From positions 198,713 through 262,712 of the forward strand of contig CM119270.1 in NCBI GenBank assembly GCA_051294375.1: DNA of 64,000 bases. Direction: 5' to 3'. Position 1 is the stretch's first letter, and each line of letters begins with the position of its first letter. The notes below the pieces were generated by a model that did no database searches, had not been told where the DNA came from, and saw only the letters and a list, made by a program, of their open reading frames with translations. This document shows positions 27,621 through 39,534 of this stretch, in pieces. This DNA is from Paraspadella gotoi. Its lineage: Eukaryota; Animalia; Chaetognatha. Both the position numbers and the translations under genes were made by a program.

Positions 27621-30566
27621 GCCTCCCAAACCCTCCCAGGCGACCGCCGCCACGAAAAAAAGGCGGACAGAAAAGCGGCGAAAACCCTGGCGGCGATTCT
27701 TTTAGCTTTCGTCCTCACGTGGACTCCTTACAACATAAACGTCCTAATCGAAGCTTGGAGACCGAATTACGTCAACCAGTGGCTGTACGCCTGCGGTAAA
27801 TGAAAGAGGGTGGGGCTCGATTTACAGAAAAGGACCAAGTTCAAGTTAAATTTAGAATTGAGTTAGTTCCATATTTTGGTTTAAAGATTAGAGTTTAATT
27901 TGGTTTTTTCTTCCTCCCTTTTACACTTTCTTTTAATTTTGTATTGGATATAAAATCGTTTTTGTAGTTCAATAGTGACAAGTAGTATAGGGACACAATT
28001 CGTATAAAACAATTTCATAAGTACTTCTTCAGACGGTTTATACCATCACAGAAGACTCAGCATTAATTAACAGTTACTAGATCGATAGATAGATGAGAGT
28101 GCTTTGCGAGGTTCAAATAAGGACTCCTTGTCGCTACTCAGGTTAAAGCCAGGATAAGTCGATTTATTAACAATTTCTATAGGGTTACTGTTAAGAGAAA
28201 GAACATCTTTTTCGATGGCTGTGTTAGGTTTTCCAAAATACATTACTTTAGTTTTTCTAATACTAAAATAAAAAAAAACTGCTCTGCATACTGAGCACAG
28301 ATATTTATTAGAGTTTGCATACCTACTATTGTTGGTGACAAAAGCGCAATGTCGTCAGCATAAAAAAATCCTCGCTAAGAATAAATTTCCTATATGACAC
28401 CCAAAACCAGAAAATTTTAATCTTACTATTAAGTCATTTACATACAAAGCCCCCCTCCCCCTTTATGGGCCGTCAAATGAGGGTCAGTGGCAGATTAGGG
28501 CTGGTCATGAAGATGGTCATTGGTTTGAGACCGGGTGGTGTCAGGTATGAGGTCCAACACGACCCTTATGTCAACAAGACCTCTCAGCCCTACAGCCTGC
28601 CCTCTTCTCCTCTGCTGAGAAGGTGGGCCTGGTCCCCTTCTTGCCTGCTCATTTTGAGCTTCTTTCCTTAACTTTCGCTTTTCAATTCACAAATTTCACT
28701 TTCCTTTCACTAATTAAACTATAACTGTAATTTATTTAATTTATTTGTTGTTGTTATTTTCATCCATTTTAGTCTAAACTTTTATTAGTTATACAGTATT
28801 GCAATATAAATTTTTAAATTTTTAATCTTTGTGGGGCCTTTTTTTCTTTGACCTTTCATTTCTTTTTCCCTCCTGTATCCCACATTCTGACCTAAAAATT
28901 CAGATGTCCTCACTCTCCATTTGTCAACTTTTCCCTCAACTCTTTGTTGGAAACTTTATCTCTCTCTCTCTCACTCTCTCTCTCTTTCTCAAACTCATCA
29001 TTTACATTGCCTAAAAACTTGTAAATCTCAAATTTTTTTTACGCTTATGGTGAATAAAATTACTATTCAAAACATGTCTGTAACAATATTAATAAAAAAC
29101 TCGAAATTTTAACCTATTATATACTCATTTCGGCCTTTTCAATCATCAAAGCCCCCTTGCCGTATGACGGAGCAGCGAATCTTTCTTGCTCGCTCTCTCT
29201 CTTCGGCTGAATGACTCAGAGTCAGGATCGGGATCGACAAAAACGACGACAATAATTTGAACGACGGATTAATTGTTTAGGGTTTCGGTTAGGGATAAGG
29301 TTAGTTTAGGGGATAGATATTAGGGATTAGGGTTGGGATTAGGGTTACGGATTAGGGTTATGGATTAGGGTTGGGATTAGGGTTAGGAATTAGGGTCATT
29401 TTTCCCGACGCTACTTTTGCAAAAAAAAATTCTGGCTTGCTGGGTGACTCGGCGAGAGAAAGAATTAAGCCTCCGTCAGGATCGGGATCGACTCTCTTTT
29501 CTTCTATTTTCCTCCCTTTATCTCCTTATTTTATACCACCTCTTTTCTTTATTTTCCTTCCTCTATCTCCTTATTTAATACCTCCTTTTCTACTATTTTC
29601 CTCCTTCTATTTTCTTATTAAGTACCTCCCTTTTCTCTATTTTTCTTAATGCTTAATTAATACTCCCTTTTTCTCTTAATTTCTTCCTCTATCTCCTATT
29701 TTAATACATCCCCTTTTCTCTATTTTCTTCCCTCTATTTCCTTATTTAATACCTCCCCTTTTCTGTATTTTCCTCCCTCTATTTCCTTTTTAATACCTCC
29801 CATTTTCTCTATTTTCTCCATTTATCTTTATTTTAATACCTCCCCTTTCCTCTCCTTTCACCTCTCTTCTTTTTCTCATTCCCATCTTTGCAGTTTATTT
29901 GATCCGGGCAGAAGCGTGTGCCAGCCCGGGATACCGTGGTCGCTGTTTCCATTTGCAGGTCAGAATGGTTTTGAAGGTCTTGCGGAAATTGACATTGCAA
30001 AATCGCGTTAGAGGAATGGGTTTATGGTTGAGTTGAGGTAGCAGAGCCAGTAAGCTGAAAGGAGGAAGAGGAGGGCCAAAGGGAGAAAATAAGGAATTAG
30101 TTTAACTGAGGAAACTTTAGACAATATAATAAGTTAAAAAAAGAAATTGTAAAACAGTTATAAGAGGTGCTCAAGCAAATCGGGCGATTACCACAAAATA
30201 TGTTTTATAACCTTGGATATATTTAATTCTACTCGTGTCCTTTTAAAATATTTATTCTACTACCTTTTAATAATTATTATTTTTTGACCAATGAATATTC
30301 AGTTAATGTCTTTGTCGATTAAAAAAAAAAAATTCTCCCATTCATCGATTGTCTCTCTCTCTTCTCTCTTCCCCTCATCTCTGTTTTATCAGTGACGACT
30401 TTCCGATCAATATCACATGTTAGAATTGCCTTCACATTACACCAAAATATCAATCTTCGATGTTGTTATTTGTTGTTGTTCGTTCGTCGTCATCGTCGTC
30501 ATCTTCATTCGTCGTCGTCGTTGTTGATTGACGAATTGACTTTTTTATTCATCAGATCGAATTTCT

Positions 30567-30629
<63 letters not shown>

Positions 30630-30749
30630 CTATCCTCTATATGATTTCTCCCCTTGCCCTTTCTGGGATCACATGATTTTCCGCTCACGATTTATTTTCA
30701 TCTTTGGCTGAGGGCATTTTTGTGGACGAGCGTCGATGAGACGAGAGAG

Positions 30750-30781
<32 letters not shown>

Positions 30782-33700
30782 TGAGAGGAGAGAGAAAGAG
30801 AGAGAGAGCGAGCGAGCGAGAGAGAGAAGATGAGAAAGACAGGACAAAAATAGAATGGGAAATAAACAAGTTTGAGCAAAACAATGTCGGATCTTGCTGC
30901 GGTAATCAGTAATTTCTACTCGCACTTCCCTACCCACAACACAAAATTTCCTTCCAACCAACAAAACAATCACGGCAATAGAAGTTTTTTTTCAAAGGAT
31001 GGACAGACAGACGGACGGACAGGACATTGGTTTTTTTTTTTTGCCTAACTTATCATCATTTTTGTTCTGATATGAAAAAAATGATTTACCAACAAGATTT
31101 TGGGTGGGACCGACCAACCAACAAGAGGATTATAAAGTTCGGAATCTGCTGATAAGCAGATTCCGACTAACAAGAGAGTCAGCCGATGACGACGACGACG
31201 ACGACGACGACGCTGAGGGTATTACAGTATCTTTGTGACGGAGGTCATCTGGTTACTGGTACCCATGCAGCATCAAGTAAAAAATTATCCATTCATTTTA
31301 ATAATAAGCTATCTTGCCCCTGACTTTAGACAGGCTTTGCTGGTTTAACTCTTATGTTTTAGTCTCCAGTTAAATTTGTGATTATTCTTTTTTATTTATT
31401 TATTCATTATTTATATTATCTTGATTTTCTGTATAAATGAAATGGATTTTTATTTTTAAACATTATAAATGACAATACTAATTTTTCTATTTGAGAAAAA
31501 AAATTTAATTATTATTGTAAGTATCTAATAGCCGTGTAAATGAAGAGCTTGCATTTTAAAAAAAAATTTTTTCTTTCTTTTCATTTATATACGTAACGGA
31601 ACTCTTCCATTTTCGTGAAATTTTAGTCTTGGCTTTCACTACTGACTATGAGCGCGACCGGATAATGTTTGTAACATAGCATAACTATGAAATTCATATT
31701 GTTCGAGGCTGCTGACTAAAAATAACTCATTACACATAGGCAAATAAAAAAATTAGTTCCAGTTTTACTCACAATAAGAAAGACTAGTGTTTTTATTCGT
31801 GATTATTATTTTTACCGAATTAATTTGAAACTCACGGTCTTACAATAAAATAACACAAAGAAATACTTGTGATAGGAATAGTTAACAATATTAGGTTGAT
31901 AATTTCATATTTATTTGTGTATTCATTATTAACACACTTAAAAAACATATTAAAATGTGTATTGTATTCGCTTTCATTTGTTTCTCGCAGAGCAAGTCTG
32001 ATAAATTCTCTTTTTAAGTAATTGAGACAAAAAAATGTGGGAGAATGTTGTACGCTATCTGCTGTTAGAAGATTATATACATGAAGGTAGGAATACATAT
32101 ATTCTAAATCTAACCCATTTATAGCCAGGTTCATAAATTTCAGATTTATCTATGGTATTGATTCTATTTTCAGAAAATTTTTGTATTATTACAGTCATAT
32201 TGATAGTTAAGATTAAAAAAAAATTTATTATTATAATAGTTTTGGTTTTTTTAATTTACTGAGATAAAAATAGATTAAAATTATCAGTGGTATTGCAGAG
32301 CAAACGAAGGCAATTGCATAGGCTTCATTACTGACATAAAATAAAACATCTGTTCCGAAAACAAGTCTAGAACAATAAATACATTTTCTTCTGTCAGCTC
32401 TTTTCTTCGATTGAAAAATTTAAGATTTCGAACATATTTGAGGTGTGAAATTTCAAAATTGGAATTACTCCTAAAAGTAACGTAGCCAGTGGGACTTCCG
32501 AAAAAGAAAAATCCTTTTCCAGTTTAAATTTTTAGCTCTTTGGGCTTCAGCAAAGAAAAAAATGAAATACGAGCAAAGCGACGTAATCGTAAAATTAGCT
32601 ATGAATGAAAAGCTCTCGTACATCCTAAATTTCGATTCCATGACTCCCCGGGACGACAGATCCACTCTCCCGCAAAATCGACATCTCAAGACTGTGATGG
32701 GGATGGTTGATGAATCGCCACGGACGCAAAACTGTGGCAAAACAATAGACAATGAAGGCCAGAGGTAATTAGAAACTGGAACAGCACGAAGTAGCGGCGT
32801 CGCAGCATCAAATGAATCGATACGTAAGCCGAGCCCCACATAACGTCGATTAGTAGAAAATTAATCAAATGAGAATAATTTGGTTTGAGGAACTTATAGT
32901 TGCCTATTCGTAAGATGTCGACGTGTTTTTAAAGCGTAACCTTGGCAACGGGTTATCGCAGAGAGTTTTCGAAGGATAAACTGACCCATCGATCGTCGTC
33001 GATGATTCCCATTGATTTAGTGCAATAGGAAAAGGTGCTGCGATCGTGAGGTTCGGCCCAAACTAAATGAATATAATGAATATGAATGTATATGAATGAA
33101 GGAAAAACATATTCAGGAAGAAACTGTTGTGAGCCACGAAGAATTGATTGTTGTATGGTGGATTAAAATCCACCAACCGTTCATCAGCGGCCATTTGGTG
33201 CCGGAGGCAAGTCATTCGCCTCCCAACCCAAAGGTCCGGGTTTTTAGCCCGGTGGTCGCCTAGCAGTTAAGAGGGACGGGGCGCTTAACCCGCCTGTAAC
33301 ATGGTGTTACAGCCTGATCCGAAGCTCAGGGACTGCTTATATTGAACGGTTCTGTCACTAACACATAATAATAATCACTTTCTCTTCAGTTGTTCATCTG
33401 AATTTTTTTTTTACATTATTTAAACAAAATATCTTTTATAGATGTTATGTTATGTTTTTAAAAATGTTAACTTCACGTAACAATCATTCGACAATTTTTA
33501 ATTTTTGTGTTGTCTAAAAATTTGTCATAGCAACTAATGAGTTATTAAATATTACTTGTCAATTTGGGGGTATAATCCGTGAGACTTAACGTCGCTAATC
33601 CGTACTTTCCCATGTTTTTGAATAAATGAAAGCAGAGAGCCAAGTGTTTGTCAATGTTGAATGAAAGAGAAGTTGCAAAAGTTCCAAAACTCATGAATAG

Positions 33701-36700
33701 AAACTCCGCGAATACGTAATTCGTTTTTCTTCTTGAAATTTAATATGACAAATTTTTGACCAGTGATATATTTCTTTCAACTCCCCAATGGTAAAGATGC
33801 GGAAAACGACGAAATAGGCGTTAAACGTTCCAATGAAAATGGTGACATTAATAATTCTTGCTTGAAATGATGTAAAGAAAATTATTATGCCAATGATACC
33901 CTGAAGTGCGCCTAGTGCCGTTGGAATATATTTCGTTTCTCGCATTTTAGCAGCGTGCCACTGCCAGGCCCACAACGGAAAAGCAAAAGGATCAATGATT
34001 TGGTTGCTGATCTAATTCCCACCAACAAGTCGAAATCCCAGTTCTTCCAGTGTCTCGGTCGCACGTACAAGGTTTATTCAGCGACACAAGTTTGGTTATC
34101 TTTTATTTTATAACGGTACCATTGAGTAAACCCTTTTTATCGAACTGAAATTCGTCGAAAAAACATTGCGTCGTTGTGCCGGACGTGACCTCAAGTGCCA
34201 ATGCAAAGCAGCTGCAACAGGATTTGGGGAAACGACTCCAGCAATAAATGAAGTAGACTGATAGACTCCACCAGTTTGTTTTTCAATGCCGAAGTCGTGG
34301 AGTCGGCATTTCGGTCCAAGTAACTATCGACCGGCAAACGACGTTGCCGAATCCAAAATTAAACCTATAAAAAGGGTCGTTTTCGACCAGACATCCCCGT
34401 AAATTCGGGAGTAATGCGCCGAATATTGTTTCATAAAGTGACGCACGTAAAGATAAGAGCGCTTCCGTGTATGACCAAAACGGTACACATGGCAACGCCT
34501 ATGTATCGTTCGACGTAAAATGTCTTGACGTAAAAAGTTGATGGTTGTTTGCAAATCGGAAATGACGCTCGAAATTGACGAAGAGGGATAAAAGGAGAAG
34601 CAGCGGCACCCTCATCTTGAAGCTTAATATTTCAAATATTATTTGGCTTTATTCTCGCGCGAGAAACGAATGAATTCTATGAATGAGACGAGATTCCTTT
34701 TTACGAAGATTAGGTCTATCGTTTTTGTCGACAAACGTCAGACGGAAGCGACAAACTCTTGAAAGCCTTCAGATACCGAGGGGCAATATTTCCTAATTAA
34801 CTTTACAGGGCTTTTTTTTGTGGGGTGGGGTGTTTTAAATAAAAACTACTCTATGTTAAAATGTAATAAATCAATAATAACAACATTTACAACAACTACA
34901 ATTCGTTCAGCAAAAATTAATTTTAGATCAGAAGTTGTTTTATTGATTATTTTCGGCACTTTTTTTCAAAGAAGCTCCCTTGCTGCGGCTCCTGAAGCAG
35001 CGGATTCAAACACACACACAAAACTAGTATCTTTTGCTGCTCTCACCGCCGGCTACTGCTTCCTCATCGTTCAAATTATCGTTGTCTTTTTGNNNNNNNN
35101 NNNNNNNNNNNNNNNNNATAATCATAAAACAACTTCTGATCTAAAATTAATTTTTGCTGAACGAATTGTAGTTGTTGTAAATGTTGTTATTATTGATTTT
35201 ATTACATTTTAACATAGAGTAGTTTTTATTTAAAACACCCCACCCCACAAAAAAAAGCCCTGTAAAGTTAATTAGGAAATATTGCCCCTCGGTATCTGAA
35301 GGCTTTCAAGAGTTTGTCGGCTTCCGTCTGACGTTTGTCGACAAAAACGATAGACCTAATCTTCGTAAAAAGGAATCTCGTCTCCATTCAATAGAATTCA
35401 TTCGTTTCTCGCGCGAGATAAAAGCAAATAATATTTGAAATATTAAGCTTCAAGATGAGGGTGCCGCTGCTTCTCCTTTTATCCCTCTTCGTCAATTTCG
35501 GAGACGTCATTTCCGATTTGCAAACAACCATCAACTTTTTACGCAAGACATTTTACGTCGAACGATACATAGGCGTTGCCATGTGTACCGTTTTGGTCAT
35601 AACACGGAAGCGTCTCTTATCTTTACGTGCGTCACTTTATGAAACAATATTCGGCGCATTACTCCCGAATTTACGGGATGTCTGGTCGAAAACGACCCTT
35701 TTATAGGTTTTAATTTTGGGATTCGGCAACGTCGTTTGCCGGTCGATAGTTACTTGGACCGAAATGCCGACTCCACGACTTCGGCATTGAAAAACAAACT
35801 GGTGGAGTCTATCAGTCTACTTCATTTATTGCTGGAGTCGTTTCCCCAAATCCTGTTGCACTGCTTTGCATTGGCACTTGAGGTCACGTCCGGCACAACG
35901 ACGCAATGTTTTTTCGACGAATTTCAGTTCGATAAAAAGGGTTTACTCAATGGTACCGTTTATAAAATAAAAGATAACCAACTTGTGTCGCTGAATAAAC
36001 CTTGTACGTGCGACCGAGACACTGGAAGAACTGGGATTTCGACTTGTTGGTGGGAATTAGATCAGCACCAAATCATTTTGATCCTTTTGCTTTTCCGTTG
36101 TGGGCCTGGCAGTGGCAGCTGCTAAAATGCGAGAAACGAAATATATTCCAACGGCACTAGGCGCACTTCAGGGTATCATTGGCATAATATATTTTCTTTA
36201 CATCATTTCAAGCAAGATTATTAATGTCACCATTTTCATTGGAACGTTTACGCCTTTCGTCGTTTTCCGCATCTTTACCATTGGGGAGTTGAAAGAAATT
36301 ATCACTGGTCAAAAATTTGTCATATTAAATTCAAGAAGAAAAACGAATTACGTATTCGCGGAGTTTCTATTCATGAGTTTTTGGAACTTGTTTGCAACTT
36401 CTCTTTCATTCAACATTGACAAACACTTGGCTCTCTGCTTTCATTTATTCAAAAACATGGGAAAGTACGGATTAGCGACGTTAAGTCTCACGGATTATAC
36501 CCCCAAATTGACAAGTAATATTAATAACTCATTAGTTGCTATGACAAATTTTTAGACAACACAAACAATTAAAAATTGCTCGAATGATTGTTACGTGAAG
36601 TTAAACATTTTTAAAAACATAACATAACATCTATAAAAGATATTTTGTTTAAATAAATGTAAAAAAAAAATTCAGATGAACAACTGAAGAGAAAGTGATT

Positions 36701-39226
36701 ATTATTATGTGTTAGTGACAGAACCGTTCAATATAAGCAGTCCCTGAGCTTCGGATCAGGCTGTAACACCATGTTACAGGCGGGTTAAGCGCCCCGTCCC
36801 TCTTAACTGCTAGGCGACCACCGGGCTAAAAACCCGGACCTTTGGGTTGGGAGGCGAATGACTTGCCTCCGGCACCAAATGGCCGCTGATGAACGGTTGG
36901 TGGATTTTAATCCACCATACAACAATCAATTCCTTCGGGCTCACAACAGTTTCTTCCTGAATATGTTTTTCCTTCATTCATATACATTCATATTCATTAT
37001 ATTCATTTAGTTTGGGCCGAACCTCACGATCGCAGCACCTTTCTCTATTGCACTAAATCAATGGGAATCATCGACGACGATCGATGGGTCAGTTTATCCT
37101 TCGAAAACTCTCTGCCGATAACCCGTTGCCAAGGTTACGCTTTAAAACACGTCGACATCTTACGAATAGGCAACTATAAGTTCCTCAAACCAAATTATTC
37201 TCATTTGATTAATTTTCTACTAATCGACGTTATGTGGGGCTCGGCTTACGTATCGATTCATTTGATGCTGCGACGCCGCTACTTCGTGCTGTTCCAGTTT
37301 CTAATTACCTCTTGGCCTTCATTGTCTATTGTTTGCCACAGTTTTGCGTCCGTGGCGATTCATCAAACCATCCCCATCACAGTCTTGAGATGTCGATTTT
37401 GCGGGAGAGTGGATCTGTCGTCCCGGGGAGTCATGGAATCGAAATTTAGGATGTACGAGAGCTTTTCATTCATAGCTAATTTTACGATTACGTCGCTTTG
37501 CTCGTATTTCATTTTTTTCTTTGCTGAAGCCCAAAGAGCTAAAAATTTAAACTGGAAAAGGATTTTTCTTTTTCGGAGTCCCACTGGCTACGTTACTTTT
37601 AGGAGTAATTCCAATTTTGAAATTTCACCTCAAATATGTTCGAAATCTTTTCAATCGAAGAAAAGAGCTGACAGAAGAAAATGTATTTATTGTTCTAGAC
37701 TTGTTTTCGGAACAGATGTTTTTATTTTATGTCAGTAATGAAGCCTATGCAATTGCTTTCGTTTGCTCTGCAATACCACTGATAATTTTAATCTATTTTT
37801 ATCTCAGTAAATTTAAAAAAACCAAAACTATTATAATAATAAATTTTTTTTTAATCTTAACTATCAATATGACTGTAATAATACAAAAATTTTCTGAAAA
37901 TAGAATCAATACCATAGATAAATCTGAATTTATGAACCTGGCTATAAATGGGTTAGATTTAGAATATATGTATTCCTACCTTCATGTATATAATCTTCTA
38001 ACAGCAGATAGCGTACAACATTCTCCCACATTTTTTTGTCTCAATTACTTAAAAAGAGAATTTATCAGACTTGCTCTGCGAGAATCAAATGAAAGCGAAT
38101 ACAATACACATTTTAATATGTTTTTTAAGTGTGTTAATAATGAATACACAAATAAATATGAAATTATCAACCTAATATTGTTAACTATTCCTATCACAAG
38201 TATTTCTTTGTGTTATTTATTGTAAGACCGTGAGTTTCAAATTAATTCGGTAAAAATAATAATCACGAATAAAAACACTAGTCTTTCTTATTGTGAGTAA
38301 AACTGGAACTAATTTTTTTATTTGCCTATGTGTAATGAGTTATTTTTAGTCAGCAGCCTCGAACAATATGAATTTCATAGTTATGCTATGTTACAAACAT
38401 TATCCGGTCGCGCTCATAGTCAGTAGTGAAAGCCAAGACTAAAATTTCACGAAAATGGAAGAGTTCCGTTACGTATATAAATGAAAACGAAAGAAAAAAT
38501 TTTTTTTTTAAAATGCAAGCTCTTCATTTACACGGCTATTAGATACTTACATAATAATTAATTTTTTTTCTCAAATAGAAAAATTTAGTATTGTCATTTA
38601 TAATGTTTTAAAAAATAAAAATCCATTTCATTTATACAGAAAAATCAAGATAATATAAATAATGAATAAATAAATAAAAAAAGAATAATCACAAATTTAA
38701 CTGGAGACTAAAACATAAGAGTTAAACCAGCAAAGCCTGTCTAAAGTCAGGGGCAAGATAGCTTATTAATTAAATGAATGGATAATTTTTACCTCAGTCA
38801 ACCAGATGACCTCCGTCACAAAGATACTGTAAAGCCTCAGTCGTCGTCGTCGTCGTCGTCGTCATCGGCTGACTTCTTTTTAGTCGGATCTGCTTATCAG
38901 CAGATTCCGACTTTATAATCCTCTTTGTTGGTTGGTCGGTCCCACCCAAAAATCTTGTTGGTAAATCATTTTTTTCATATCAGAACAAAAATGATGATAA
39001 GTTAGGCAAAAAAAAAACCATGTCTGTCCGTCCGTCTGTCTGTCCATCCTTTGAAAAAAAACTTCTATTGCTCGTGATTGTTTGGTTGGATTGGAACGAA
39101 ATTTTGTGTGTGGGTAGGGAAGTGCGAGTAGAAATTACTGATTACCGCAGCAGATCCGACATTGTTTGCTCAAACTTGTTTATTTCCCATTCTAATTTTG
39201 TCCTGTCTTTCTCATCTCTCTCTCTC

Positions 39227-39260
<34 letters not shown>

Positions 39261-39286
39261 GGCTCGCTCGATCTCTCTCTCTTTCT

Positions 39287-39363
<77 letters not shown>

Positions 39364-39454
39364 GATCGCTCGTCACAAAAATGCCTCAGCCAAAGATGAA
39401 AATAAATCGTGAGCGAAAATCATGTGATCCAGAAGGGCAAGGGAGAAATCATAT

Positions 39455-39534
<80 letters not shown>

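Noticed and set aside
29876-30054. Antisense duplicate of the mAChR last exon (hairpin-RNA regulation)
   Set aside because: Lies inside the flipped gap-fill block; junction evidence points to an assembly artefact.
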